Source of the DNA: Escherichia phage MLP1
Reading direction: 5' to 3' (one strand)
Length of the DNA stretch: 51,940 nt
Sequence record: NC_079176
The position numbers were made by a program, and so were the translations under genes. The number at the start of each line of letters is the position of its first letter. Position 1 is the first letter of the stretch. Of this stretch, positions 7,849 through 18,080 are shown piece after piece. The notes under the pieces are model-generated. The model worked only from the letters and a program-made list of their open reading frames with translations, had not been told where the DNA came from and did no database searches.

Positions 7849-10800
7849 GAACTTAAAAGATTTAATGAAGCTATCCGAGGCCGAGCTAATCGGCATGGGT
7901 GCTCAATATGGTCTGTCCTTCAATCCCGGTATGCGCAAACGAGATATGGCTCAGCAACTTGAATCAAGTGCTGCGTCAGGTTGGATGGAAACAAATTCAC
8001 AGCTTTTGGGCGAACCAGATTCCCAAATGTACGAGGAGGAATCCTCTTACGGGACTTCTGATATGATTTCAGATGCAGCACACGTAGCACAGATGATTTC
8101 TGGTGCTGGGCTGACTGAAACATTCCATGCTGCAATGAACGGACCAGGACACCATGTAGAAGCAGTTCACGCATACATGGAACAACTTGGTGTATCCACT
8201 GATGATGTTTGGATGCACATGCCTAAAGCCAACCCCAACAAGTCGGAAGGACATTGGGGAATGCTTAATTCGTACATGCGAGATACTCTTGCAGGTCATC
8301 AAGATATTATGCCTGAACTTGCCGGACATTATACCGGCAATATCATGGATGAATATTCCACAAACCGTGGAGATATTGCCAAGTCGTTTGGTTATCTTGC
8401 CCACATGTATGTTGACCGTGAACAGTACGACAACCCAGACCGCTATGCACGAGATGTTTATCGTGTAGCCAAACGTTTAGAATCAGAATTGCCGCAAAAC
8501 TTCCGAGAAGTTGCTGCCGTATCTGCAATGAATGTAGGAAATAAGTCGGGGCCAAAACTTTCATACATGGATTCATTGCCTCAACTTGGTTCTGAATCTG
8601 TTGTTGGGGATATTCTACATCCTCGACAACCTCTTAACGCATCTGGTCTTCCGATGGGTTCGTTTGGTGGAGGCATTAAGGCTGAATATTCCCTATCTGC
8701 ATCCTTGTCTGGTTCTCCAGGTTGGTCTGATGTAAGCAAGACACTCTACCAAGATGTTTCTGGCGTAGTTAAATCTGCGGCAAAAGTTTATTCTGGTGGT
8801 GCTGAAAGAGGGATGAATGCGTATCGCACTCAATCTTCTGACAGGGATTTGATTCTGGACTCCGCCTCTCGTTATGCAGACATTGCAGACGTTCGTTCTG
8901 GGTACGATAACCTTAAGAAAGATATTGGCGATGACCCTCGTTACTCTGGTTCATCTATTCGTGGCGTTCTTGAGAATGCTCACCAATATAATGAAGCAGA
9001 AGTTTCTCGAACATTTGACCCTGCCGAACGTTTAAGAAATACTGGACCTACTGAACTTAGTACATCCAGTGAGTTTACGGCAAATTTAAATGAACCGACA
9101 AGTTGGAACTCTGCAAGAGATAGAAGAGAGTCTATTGCTATTGCAAATCTCGATAGTGCTAGCGTTGGACAGCATAGTTCGGTTAAGTACCATGATGCGC
9201 TCGAGCAAGGTACGCAGGAGTGGCTTGATTTTCGTAAGCAGTATGATATTACTGGCTCTACTATTGGTGATTATTTGGGCCACAACCCCGCAACCAATAA
9301 TAGCCCAATACATACAATGGGCGAAAAGATTGGCCTCACAGTAAGAAAGGATTCGCCACGAGCGCGTGAGAACTTTGAGCGTGGACATAGATTAGAGGCG
9401 TGGGCGAGGCCCAGGGTAGGTGAACGGTATGGGATTGAGATAACTGAAACTGGTGCAATCACAAACGACAACTACCCTGGCATGATGTACTCGCCGGATG
9501 GGTTAATTGGTGATGATGCTTTGTGGGAACATAAAGCTCCAAATAACTTTAAAGATTTGGAAACAACTCCAAACTACATGGACCAGATGCAACTTGGTAT
9601 GCATTTGAGTGGTCGTAGTCGCACACTGTTTACCCAAACTGTTGGTGAAGAATCTAGAAGTCAGTGGGTTGAAGCCGACCCAACGTGGTTTGAACGTAAC
9701 AAGAACAAGATTGAATCCTCTCAAGCACGTATGAATGCTGGCCGCGAGTTTATGGAAAGCTCCGACCTTGATGGCAAAGACCTTGTTAATGAAACCCGCA
9801 AAGTTATGTCCGGTGATGGGATTTGGGGCTATCAGACTCGTGACCACAGGGAAGGTGAGGGATACACTGCTGGCAAGCGCGGGATGGCTAAATTCAGTGC
9901 CACTGCTGGTACAGCCGATGACCCATTCATAGGCAACCGTACCAGTGCCGGAGTTGGCGAAGCTACAGCCTCTGCCGTAGGCTCTGACAGCACGACTGGC
10001 AATGACCTGATGGCAGTATCTGTCAAGAAAGGTATCCTCGCTGCTCAGGAAGAAAACAAGCTGCGTGGACAAGATGCTGACTTTGGTGGCGATGGTGGTC
10101 GTGGCGGTGGTGGTGGCTTCTGGGATACCTTCGATGCAAGCAGTTACGGCATTGGTGGAGGCGGTTCCGGTGGCGGTGGTCGTGGTGGTTGGAATGTTGG
10201 TGGCAGCTTCTCAGATGACTTCGGTCGTGCTGGTGGTGCATTGGCTGCTGGCGTAGCTGGTGGCAGCATAGGCTCACTATCCAATGGTGCAATGAATGCC
10301 CTCATGATGACCCCGTGGGGACGTGTGGCGGGTATGGCTATCGGTGCTACCCAGATTGGTAACGAGGCGCTCGAAGGTCTGAACGATTTCTACGGAAACT
10401 CTTTAGACGCTGGTGTCAATAACCCTAATGAATATTCTTCCATGTCACAGGGCTTGGAGATGTTAGGGCTTAATCAGCAACAAGCTGGCCGACTCAATCG
10501 AACCACACATAGTGCCTATAACACCCTCCTGAATGGCGACCCTAGCGGCGCTGTCAACATCGTTCAGGGAACCCGTGGTCTTATCACCATTGGCGACATT
10601 CGTGCGGCACAGGGCGACCCTGTAGCCTTAGCGCGGGTAATGCGTGAACGTGGTCAGGAGCGGGGCTGGAGTCAGGCTCGCATCGCTGGTGCTATGGAGA
10701 TGGCAGGACTGGATGGCATGGCTCGCGCCTATGACCGTACAGATTACAGCGTGAACGAGGCTCAGGAGAACGTAAGCCGTGGTGCCAACTCACAGTATGC

Positions 10801-11536
10801 CGATGGTATTGCACAGCTAGGAATAGCGCAGACGGAGCGTGCTGGGGTGCTGCCAGGATACGCAGTCCCGCAAGCTGCAATATCCTACGGGAGTTCATTT
10901 ATCGAAGCAGGTGGAGATGCGGCCAGAGTAGCGCGTACAGCGTCAAATGGTTTAGCTGATACTACCAGAACGGTATATGACTTTATCGCAGGAGAAGAGT
11001 CAGGAAACCGCGATTTGAACGCAGATGGTTCGGTGGTTACATCTCCGACTGGTGCCAAAGGTCGTATGCAGGTTCTTGATTCAACTTCCCGTGACCCAGG
11101 ATTCGGCGTTAAACCTGCCCGTGATAACTCACTGGAAGAGCGTGCTCGCGTTGGTCGTGACTACTATGATGCAATGCTCAAGCGTTACAATGGTGACGCT
11201 GAGAAGGCTATGGCGGCGTATACGGATGGTGCTGGAACTGTTGATGATGCTATCAACAATCACGGAACTGACTGGCTCAATGCTGTTCCTCTACAGGCAC
11301 AGAACCGCGTCAAGAAGTACCGCGAATGGGCTTCTCAAGGTGATTCTATTGCAGAAGGTGCAACTGGCTTCACCAGAAACGGACTGTCCTACGGGCAGAC
11401 ACAGGCCACTGTGGTTAACGTTGAAGTCAAAGCTACCGTAAACAATAAGCAAGCGTCTGCAACCGTGTCAACTCCGAACGGTCAAACTGTTACCCAAACA
11501 ATCAACATGGGTAATGGTGCAATGGAACGTAGATAA
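7841..11536 (+). CDS. tape-measure-like virion protein with internal lambda-exonuclease/YqaJ-like domain, Gly-rich segment and C-terminal lytic transglycosylase domain
   Basis: 1231 aa, between chaperone and baseplate genes. Near aa 450-580: EQGTQEW..R..YDITGS, SPDGL..D..WEHKAP, YMDQMQLGM (compare lambda Exo EQGDDAW..ITAS, SPDGL..LELKCP, YMAQVQYSM). aa 745-790 GGDGGRGGGGG repeats. aa 1050-1130: AGEESG, GAKGRMQV, AAYTDGAG (transglycosylase-like). Confidence 0.6.
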   Translation: MAKNLKDLMKLSEAELIGMGAQYGLSFNPGMRKRDMAQQLESSAASGWMETNSQLLGEPDSQMYEEESSYGTSDMISDAAHVAQMISGAGLTETFHAAMNGPGHHVEAVHAYMEQLGVSTDDVWMHMPKANPNKSEGHWGMLNSYMRDTLAGHQDIMPELAGHYTGNIMDEYSTNRGDIAKSFGYLAHMYVDREQYDNPDRYARDVYRVAKRLESELPQNFREVAAVSAMNVGNKSGPKLSYMDSLPQLGSESVVGDILHPRQPLNASGLPMGSFGGGIKAEYSLSASLSGSPGWSDVSKTLYQDVSGVVKSAAKVYSGGAERGMNAYRTQSSDRDLILDSASRYADIADVRSGYDNLKKDIGDDPRYSGSSIRGVLENAHQYNEAEVSRTFDPAERLRNTGPTELSTSSEFTANLNEPTSWNSARDRRESIAIANLDSASVGQHSSVKYHDALEQGTQEWLDFRKQYDITGSTIGDYLGHNPATNNSPIHTMGEKIGLTVRKDSPRARENFERGHRLEAWARPRVGERYGIEITETGAITNDNYPGMMYSPDGLIGDDALWEHKAPNNFKDLETTPNYMDQMQLGMHLSGRSRTLFTQTVGEESRSQWVEADPTWFERNKNKIESSQARMNAGREFMESSDLDGKDLVNETRKVMSGDGIWGYQTRDHREGEGYTAGKRGMAKFSATAGTADDPFIGNRTSAGVGEATASAVGSDSTTGNDLMAVSVKKGILAAQEENKLRGQDADFGGDGGRGGGGGFWDTFDASSYGIGGGGSGGGGRGGWNVGGSFSDDFGRAGGALAAGVAGGSIGSLSNGAMNALMMTPWGRVAGMAIGATQIGNEALEGLNDFYGNSLDAGVNNPNEYSSMSQGLEMLGLNQQQAGRLNRTTHSAYNTLLNGDPSGAVNIVQGTRGLITIGDIRAAQGDPVALARVMRERGQERGWSQARIAGAMEMAGLDGMARAYDRTDYSVNEAQENVSRGANSQYADGIAQLGIAQTERAGVLPGYAVPQAAISYGSSFIEAGGDAARVARTASNGLADTTRTVYDFIAGEESGNRDLNADGSVVTSPTGAKGRMQVLDSTSRDPGFGVKPARDNSLEERARVGRDYYDAMLKRYNGDAEKAMAAYTDGAGTVDDAINNHGTDWLNAVPLQAQNRVKKYREWASQGDSIAEGATGFTRNGLSYGQTQATVVNVEVKATVNNKQASATVSTPNGQTVTQTINMGNGAMERR

Positions 11537-11542
11537 GAAAGT

Positions 11543-11570
11543 GCCGGGATTCTTCTCGGCATTCTTCTTT
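11543..11570 (+). terminator. intrinsic terminator-like hairpin with U-rich tail
   Basis: GCCGGGA/TCTCGGC stem (one G-U), loop TTCT, then ATTCTTCTTT; directly after the tape-measure stop. Confidence 0.45.
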
Positions 11571-11611
11571 AACATTATTTGAATATGTATTAATTTCAAT
11601 AGGTGTATAAC

Positions 11612-12709
11612 ATGCCGTGGATGCGTGGTATAGAGATAGTTGTCTCAAGAAAGGATGACCCAGAAGCCAAGTCTGTGTTTAAAGCGCACAAGATTGATTT
11701 CACCATCCGGTCAACTGTTGGTTGGCCAGCAGATACTGCCGATATTACTCTATACAACCTGGGCGTCGATGAAGTTAAATTCCTTCAAGACAAGTCTTAT
11801 GGTGATATGTATATTGAAATTCGTGCAGGGTACTATGAAGACGAGCGTATTGTTAATGCTGGTCACAACAAGTATCAAAGCCCAAGTCAGATGAATTCGG
11901 AAGTAAGGATTGAGATTGGCCAAGTCCTGCCAACAATCTTCTCTGGCATCGTAACAAACGCAGTTGGATTCAGACGTCCTCCAGAACACGTAACACAATT
12001 GTTTTGTATCTCCAAAGCCTATGGTGCATCTACTGAATTTACTCAGATGAAAGATATTCCAAATGGCGCAACTTTGGAAGATGCCATTCGTTCTATGTGT
12101 GCGGATTATGGCTTCTCCACCATTTCATCTTTTGGTGTTGAAGAGTCTGTATTCAAAACTCAATTGAAGTTAGGTCGGGTATTTCATGACACATTCTTGG
12201 AAGAATTCCGAACCTTGCTTGGAGAATATAATTTACTATTCTCTGTAACCACTGGTGAGATTCAAATCTTTCCAGATACCTACGGCAATAAAGATGCTGT
12301 AGACAGAATGTCAAAAGACCGTGAACCAATCAAGCTGGATGCCAACCAGGTTATTGGGAACCCCATTGCTGGCATTGCAACATACTCATTGAATACATTT
12401 CTGAATGCCAGTTATCAGCCAGGGATGATTCTGGATGTATCTCCTTTGCTGGGAGAACAGTTGCTGGCGAATGGTGTTACTTCGGTAACTGGAAAGGGTG
12501 TTGTTCTTAACACAGACCAAAGCGTGTTCCGTTGGGCGATGGAAGATAAATACTTCATCACAGAAGTTGTCCACCATGGCTCAACCCATGAAACTGTTTT
12601 CCAAACAACCATCACTGCAATGCTTGGTGGCAATACTGCAATGGGCGGTAAAGAAGCGGCTTGGCAGCAAGCCTACTTAAACAGTGGAATGGCTATGGAG
12701 TCTTTCTAA
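11612..12709 (+). CDS. tail/baseplate protein (first gene after tape measure)
   Basis: ATG 11612 with AGGTG ribosome-binding site; position only. Confidence 0.3.
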   Translation: MPWMRGIEIVVSRKDDPEAKSVFKAHKIDFTIRSTVGWPADTADITLYNLGVDEVKFLQDKSYGDMYIEIRAGYYEDERIVNAGHNKYQSPSQMNSEVRIEIGQVLPTIFSGIVTNAVGFRRPPEHVTQLFCISKAYGASTEFTQMKDIPNGATLEDAIRSMCADYGFSTISSFGVEESVFKTQLKLGRVFHDTFLEEFRTLLGEYNLLFSVTTGEIQIFPDTYGNKDAVDRMSKDREPIKLDANQVIGNPIAGIATYSLNTFLNASYQPGMILDVSPLLGEQLLANGVTSVTGKGVVLNTDQSVFRWAMEDKYFITEVVHHGSTHETVFQTTITAMLGGNTAMGGKEAAWQQAYLNSGMAMESF

Positions 12710-13611
12710 TGGCATTAATTGATACAAGTCTTATCGGGGATGGATTGTCATCCCTGTCAAAAGCATTTAGCTACGGACATAATCCATCTGTAATCATGTG
12801 GTCAAATGGCCCATCGGTACAGAAAGAAGATGAAGGATTGTTTGGTAAAGCCTTTGGTGGCATTGCCAAGACAATGGAATCTCTTGTTATGTCTTCGGTT
12901 CCAGAGAGCTTCAACTCCTTCAAGTTTGATGCGATGGTTAGTGAAGAGCACGATGCTCAATCAATCGTTACCAAGTTCCCTGTAAGTTCGGGCTTCATGG
13001 TTAGTGACCACATCATCAAACAGAACCGAATCTTGAAGCTGACTGCTGTTGCAACAAACATGCAGAACGCCGCAATGTGGACTGCTTCTGTTCAGGGTTT
13101 ATCTGTTGCCACTGGTGCAATCTTTAACAACCCAATCATCCCAATCATTGGTGCTGCTGCTGGCGCTGTTGCTTCTGCATTTGAAACAAGCAACCGAATC
13201 CAGTCCACCTATGATTTGTTCAACAACTTCCGTTCTACCGGAACCAAACTATACATCTCCACCATCATTGGGCCTTATTTGAATTGCGTAGTAACAGGCA
13301 TTCGAACCAAGACCGACAAGATGACTTCTGCAATCCTGGCTGTTGAAATCACACTGGAAGAGTTGCAAGTTATCGGTGAAGATGTTCTGGCAAGCGAAGC
13401 CCGTAAAGCAATGCAGTCCATGACAGACTATTCCGAGTTTGGGAATATTGCTCAAAGTGCTGGAATAGGTGCTCTCGGTGGTGCTGGCATATCTCTCCCA
13501 GGTCTGGGTGCAGTTGGTGCTACGGCAGTGAGTCAGCTTGGTACGTTGAAAGATAAACTTGCCAAACTTGAATCTCCACTGTCCTCGGTTAAAGGAAGGC
13601 TGTTCAAATGA
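12709..13611 (+). CDS. baseplate hub-like protein
   Basis: ATG overlaps upstream stop (TAATG); Gly/Ala-rich hydrophobic C-terminal segments; position only. Confidence 0.3.
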   Translation: MALIDTSLIGDGLSSLSKAFSYGHNPSVIMWSNGPSVQKEDEGLFGKAFGGIAKTMESLVMSSVPESFNSFKFDAMVSEEHDAQSIVTKFPVSSGFMVSDHIIKQNRILKLTAVATNMQNAAMWTASVQGLSVATGAIFNNPIIPIIGAAAGAVASAFETSNRIQSTYDLFNNFRSTGTKLYISTIIGPYLNCVVTGIRTKTDKMTSAILAVEITLEELQVIGEDVLASEARKAMQSMTDYSEFGNIAQSAGIGALGGAGISLPGLGAVGATAVSQLGTLKDKLAKLESPLSSVKGRLFK

Positions 13612-13970
13612 CAGAACAACAAGCACTGCAAGAAATATTATCACTACTCCCACCAGGATATGTGAAGACTGTTCCATATGATATCTCAAAGGATGTATCT
13701 TTTGAGTTCCGTGGCATCACAGTCAAAATGTCTGCATTGTATTTAAACGAGTATTTGAACTGTTATATGTTTGACCTTGCTTGGGGTTCATCCGAAAAGA
13801 TTTATGGAATCCCTATTCGTGGTGGTATTGATATTCTTAAACAATACAGTACACCACTGCCGAACATGTACGTTACGAATACTGTAAGCCCAGGAGAAGA
13901 GGTTTACACTTGGCGACAAATGTTCCTCTTCATCGTAGATGCGAGTGTACTTGAACGTGGCGAGTCATAA
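13608..13970 (+). CDS. small baseplate-associated protein
   Basis: ATGA overlap with upstream gene; position only. Confidence 0.3.
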   Translation: MTEQQALQEILSLLPPGYVKTVPYDISKDVSFEFRGITVKMSALYLNEYLNCYMFDLAWGSSEKIYGIPIRGGIDILKQYSTPLPNMYVTNTVSPGEEVYTWRQMFLFIVDASVLERGES

Positions 13971-14730
13971 CAACGATGTAAAGTCTGCAACTGTTAACAC
14001 AGGATACCCAGGCCATATTTACAACTTCGATGCTGTATCTCAAACATGTGAGGTACAGCTTGCAATCGAAAACCTATTCACAGGCTACACCAATGCCTAC
14101 ACCCTGGAGAAGAAGAAGCGGCTCAGGAATGTTCCCGTACAATTCATTCAGGGTGGTGGCTGGAGTTTAACGCATCCAGTCCCAGATGGTACTCCTTGCT
14201 ATGTTCATTTTGCCCAACGTGGAATCGAACATTGGCTGGCAGAGAATAAAGATTCTGCTGGCATGGTTGGTGGAAGACCTGCCCCAGCATTCAGTCAGTT
14301 GTTCTCTCACAACTCTGCTGTGTGCATTATCGGGACACAACCAATTCCAGGTGCAATACCAGGATTTAATGCAGGAGTTACTGAACTCCGAAATGCAAGT
14401 CGTGACCAGCGTCTGACCCTTCATGGTGACGGAAAGGTAGAACTTATCACTGGTGCTGCAAAGATTACAATCACGAAAGATTCGGAGATAGTAATTGAAG
14501 CGACAGAAAAAGCGTCTGTTATCTCGCCGCAAATCCTTTTGGATGGGGACACTACAGTTACCAAATCACTCACAGTCCTCGGTGGAATGTCAGTGTCAGG
14601 TGGTAGTGGTGGAACGATGGCAATCACAGGCGACATGGTTCAACAAGGTACGTTCACCATTAACGGAGTTACGGTTAACGAACACACCCACACTAACCCA
14701 GAGGGCGGCGATGTAGGGCCGATGAAATAA
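13939..14730 (+). CDS. baseplate central spike (P2 gpV / Mu gp45-like)
   Basis: C-terminal HTHTNPEGG motif resembling the metal-binding apex of spike proteins; position before gp25-like and J-like genes. Confidence 0.5.
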   Translation: MRVYLNVASHNNDVKSATVNTGYPGHIYNFDAVSQTCEVQLAIENLFTGYTNAYTLEKKKRLRNVPVQFIQGGGWSLTHPVPDGTPCYVHFAQRGIEHWLAENKDSAGMVGGRPAPAFSQLFSHNSAVCIIGTQPIPGAIPGFNAGVTELRNASRDQRLTLHGDGKVELITGAAKITITKDSEIVIEATEKASVISPQILLDGDTTVTKSLTVLGGMSVSGGSGGTMAITGDMVQQGTFTINGVTVNEHTHTNPEGGDVGPMK

Positions 14731-15101
14731 TGGCTGGAAACTTACTACTAGATTCTAACCACGATATTATTATTGGTCGTGGTGCAACCAGGGTTGGTGG
14801 TGTAGAAGAAGTTGCTCAAATAGTTAAGTGCAGATTACTGACGGTGTTCGGAGAATGGAAACATGACCCGTCCGCTGGTCTTCCTTGGTTTGAGGGAATC
14901 TTCACTAAGACTGTTCGAACTGCTGACATTGAAGCAGCTATTGCCAACGTCATTCGAAGCACTCCTGGTGTTCAACAACTTATCTCTATAAATATTGATG
15001 CTGATTTCCGTGAGCGTGAAGTAGGAATTTCATTCATTGCTATCTCCGATTATGGGAATCTTGAGGATTACTTAACATGGCAACAATCCAGTACGGCGTG
15101 A
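14730..15101 (+). CDS. baseplate wedge protein (gp25 / P2 gpW-like)
   Basis: 123-aa ORF between spike and J-like genes, the conserved order. Confidence 0.45.
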   Translation: MAGNLLLDSNHDIIIGRGATRVGGVEEVAQIVKCRLLTVFGEWKHDPSAGLPWFEGIFTKTVRTADIEAAIANVIRSTPGVQQLISINIDADFREREVGISFIAISDYGNLEDYLTWQQSSTA

Positions 15102-16231
15102 CTGAAAACGGGTTCGTACAGAAGCCTGTTCAGGAAATCGTGTCGCACATTAATAGCAGATTCCTTAGCGTATTTGGTGCCAACTTCGACATTAGTCCGG
15201 AAGGTCCAGATGGTCAGGTTATAGGAATCATATCAGAAGAAATTTCCAAGTGTTGGCAACAGGCTGAAATGGTGTTCAATGCCTATCGTCCTGGTGCAAT
15301 GCAGAAGATTGGTCTGGACAACATCTGTGAACTAACCTTCACCAAACGACTGGTCAACTGGCCTTCTCGTGTTGGTGTTCGTTGTGCTGGTCAGGCTGGC
15401 ACTCTTGTCCCTGCTGGCTCTATTGTCAGTGATGGAACAATGGATTTCGAAACACAGTATGATTGCGTCATTCCAGGAACTGTTACGGCAGTGGCAACTG
15501 AGACTGGCGAGTATTATATTGCTGCCGACACTGTTAATAAAATCAATACACCAGTCGCAGGTTGGGAATCAGTTAACAACCCAGAGATTGGACAAACAGG
15601 TGTAGATTATGAGTCTGACCCAGCACTTCGTACTCGCCGTGACAGAACTACTGCGCACAGCGGCTCGGCCTTTGTTGAAGCTATTTACGCTGCACTCGCT
15701 GACCTTAATCTATCTTACCTTCGTATTCGTGATAATGATACCGGCGCTCCTATTGGGACTCAGCCTTCGGGTACAGTCTTTGTTGTCGTAGAGGGTGGAA
15801 CAGAAGACGAAATTGCTCGTCGAATATATTCAACCAAAACTGGTGGTGTTCCTACTCACGGGACCACATCTGTGTCTATTTATGACAGTAAAGGTTATCC
15901 GCACGAAGTTAAGTTCAGCCGCCCAGAAGATGCAACCATTTATGTAACTGGTACATTCAAGCGTCGTCCTGGTTCTAACATTAGTTCCAACGATGCTGCA
16001 CGCCAGTTGCAAACGGCTATGATGGATTATATCAACTCACTGAATCCAGGCGATTCTGTTATCTGGTCAGAGTGTTTCAAGCCTATCATGGATGCCACTA
16101 ATGGTGTTCAGGTTGATTCATTGTTCATTGGTACTTCTGCAAGTCCTGCTGGCATTGCCACAATCGAACTGGATATTGATAAGAAGGCAGAGGCCACAAC
16201 TGCATCTGTAATTTTCACTGAAACACCATAA
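15077..16231 (+). CDS. baseplate J-like protein
   Basis: 384-aa ORF in P2 J / Mu gp47 position; GAGGA ribosome-binding site. Confidence 0.55.
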   Translation: MATIQYGVTENGFVQKPVQEIVSHINSRFLSVFGANFDISPEGPDGQVIGIISEEISKCWQQAEMVFNAYRPGAMQKIGLDNICELTFTKRLVNWPSRVGVRCAGQAGTLVPAGSIVSDGTMDFETQYDCVIPGTVTAVATETGEYYIAADTVNKINTPVAGWESVNNPEIGQTGVDYESDPALRTRRDRTTAHSGSAFVEAIYAALADLNLSYLRIRDNDTGAPIGTQPSGTVFVVVEGGTEDEIARRIYSTKTGGVPTHGTTSVSIYDSKGYPHEVKFSRPEDATIYVTGTFKRRPGSNISSNDAARQLQTAMMDYINSLNPGDSVIWSECFKPIMDATNGVQVDSLFIGTSASPAGIATIELDIDKKAEATTASVIFTETP

Positions 16232-16239
16232 GGTTAATC

Positions 16240-16884
16240 ATGGCTGGTAAATCTGGTTTAGATATGCTGCTAATGCAGTATAGTGATTCTCCAAACTTAC
16301 GGGCATACATCCAGATTTTCCTGGACGAGTTAAAGCTCGTTCAAGATGCTCAAGAAGAGTCTGTTAAATATCGATACCTTGCTGATTCATTCGGCGTCAT
16401 GGTTGATGATATTGCATATCTCATTGGTGCCAGCCGTACTATCTATGGTGCTGCACCACTTGGGTACTTCGGCTTCTATTCTGACCCAAGTGCATTCCCT
16501 GCTGGAGATGACAATAATCCTGGCGTTGGTGGTGTCTTGAAGTCAGATGGTGACCGAGACTCTGGCGACTTTGTTCGTACCGACACTCAGCTTAAAGATG
16601 CGATACGTGCTCGTATTCGTAAGATTGTCGGAAGATGTACAATCGAAGAACTGATTGTTTATGTAGACCTTGTTCTTGGTCGTAATTTGAATCTTGAGAT
16701 TGTTGAAGGATTCCAAACACTACACTACCAAGTGCATAACACATTGTCAGTTGCTGAGAAAGTCTTGCTGGCCTACATGCTGCCAGACTTTAAACCTGTT
16801 GGCATCTCCATAACCCTTGCAGACAATGGTGGTGCTATTGACCTTCCATATGTTTCTAGAGTTTATCCACCGGAGAACCAATGA
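16240..16884 (+). CDS. baseplate/tail protein (P2 gpI / Mu gp48-like)
   Basis: 214-aa ORF after J-like gene, before tail fibres. Confidence 0.4.
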   Translation: MAGKSGLDMLLMQYSDSPNLRAYIQIFLDELKLVQDAQEESVKYRYLADSFGVMVDDIAYLIGASRTIYGAAPLGYFGFYSDPSAFPAGDDNNPGVGGVLKSDGDRDSGDFVRTDTQLKDAIRARIRKIVGRCTIEELIVYVDLVLGRNLNLEIVEGFQTLHYQVHNTLSVAEKVLLAYMLPDFKPVGISITLADNGGAIDLPYVSRVYPPENQ

Positions 16885-18080
16885 CAAATCGTTTGAATTA
16901 CCCAGAGTATTGGGCGCAGGATGGCGAAGCACTTGACCCCGACTTGGACACAACTGCACCATCCTATATTCCAAACCGATACGAAGATGTTGGTTGGGAA
17001 GCTGAAAAGCCCCCAGAACAGTGGCAAAACTTCTTAACTCAAATCACTGATGTTAAGATTCGAGAGATGTTGCTTGGTGGAATACTGCAATGGTGCGATA
17101 CCGTAACATACTCGCTTGGCGCTTTTGCATTAGTTGATGGTAAGATTTATCAGAAGCGGGAAGAGATTCCTGGAAACATAAGTCCCCCAACTTCTGGAAG
17201 TGGGTGGCAGGAAGTTCTTGAAACTAACCTTGTTCAGTATAATACCAAGGTTCAATATCTCAAGAACATGTTCAATGCCCACATGGCAGAACAGAACCCG
17301 CACAAAGATACTGTTGACACAATTGTTGATGGAACATACCTTCAAGATTATGTGTACGACAGGTTCGCCAGTGACGAACGAGTTACAACAATCCCGTATC
17401 ACATCTCCAGAACTGGTGCATCTGTTCACAGGGTAACTCCAGAACAACTTGGAACACTTCCAACATCTGGCGGAACTTTCACAGGGCCAATAACTTTCAT
17501 TGAAGAGGCATATGCTGGCAGTGGTGTTTCCCAATATGCACATCGAAATGATTCAACTGGCGTATTCGAACTGGTTAATGGAACTACTGCAATCGGTGTG
17601 GATAGTGGTGGGCATGCGTGGTTCATCAACTCTGCTGGCGCTTTTGAAATCATCACAGAAGCAAACTACAACAGCTTCAACATTAAGTATGGTAATCAGT
17701 TTGCACTTCCTGTGCCAATGCTCCGTGCCAACTTCCATGAAGATATTAATGATGCAGAGTCTGTTGGTTTGTGGACTGTTGAGACAACCATTGACCCAGA
17801 GTTTTGGTATGGTGGATTTAACATCTCCAACAATGGGTTGAAATTCTTTGGGCCGATTCTGAATATACCGACTACTGTGGTTGTTGTGGCTACTACCGAT
17901 GAAGTTGACGTGGTCATGCGAACTGCCAATGGAGATTCTTTCAACTTTCCTGACGGACTTGATTTGAAAGACTACATTGATAATAACTTATTTGCAGATA
18001 AGACTGTTATGGCTCTAAGATTCTTTGCCGTATATCCAAGACTTTCTGCTAACCAAATCTCTATGCTTGCGAGACGATAA
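16881..18080 (+). CDS. tail fibre protein
   Basis: Shares motif NPH..(T/V)..Q(L/A)G..P..GGT(F/Y)(T/S)GP(I/V)TF with the next gene, so the two are paralogues. Confidence 0.5.
   Translation: MTNRLNYPEYWAQDGEALDPDLDTTAPSYIPNRYEDVGWEAEKPPEQWQNFLTQITDVKIREMLLGGILQWCDTVTYSLGAFALVDGKIYQKREEIPGNISPPTSGSGWQEVLETNLVQYNTKVQYLKNMFNAHMAEQNPHKDTVDTIVDGTYLQDYVYDRFASDERVTTIPYHISRTGASVHRVTPEQLGTLPTSGGTFTGPITFIEEAYAGSGVSQYAHRNDSTGVFELVNGTTAIGVDSGGHAWFINSAGAFEIITEANYNSFNIKYGNQFALPVPMLRANFHEDINDAESVGLWTVETTIDPEFWYGGFNISNNGLKFFGPILNIPTTVVVVATTDEVDVVMRTANGDSFNFPDGLDLKDYIDNNLFADKTVMALRFFAVYPRLSANQISMLARR

Noticed and set aside
8069-10292. Numerous minus-strand and alternative-frame ORFs inside the tape-measure gene, including a His-rich 89-aa ORF at 10023-10292
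   Set aside because: Fully embedded in a long coding frame; the His-rich one is the antisense reading of the Gly-rich GGN repeats
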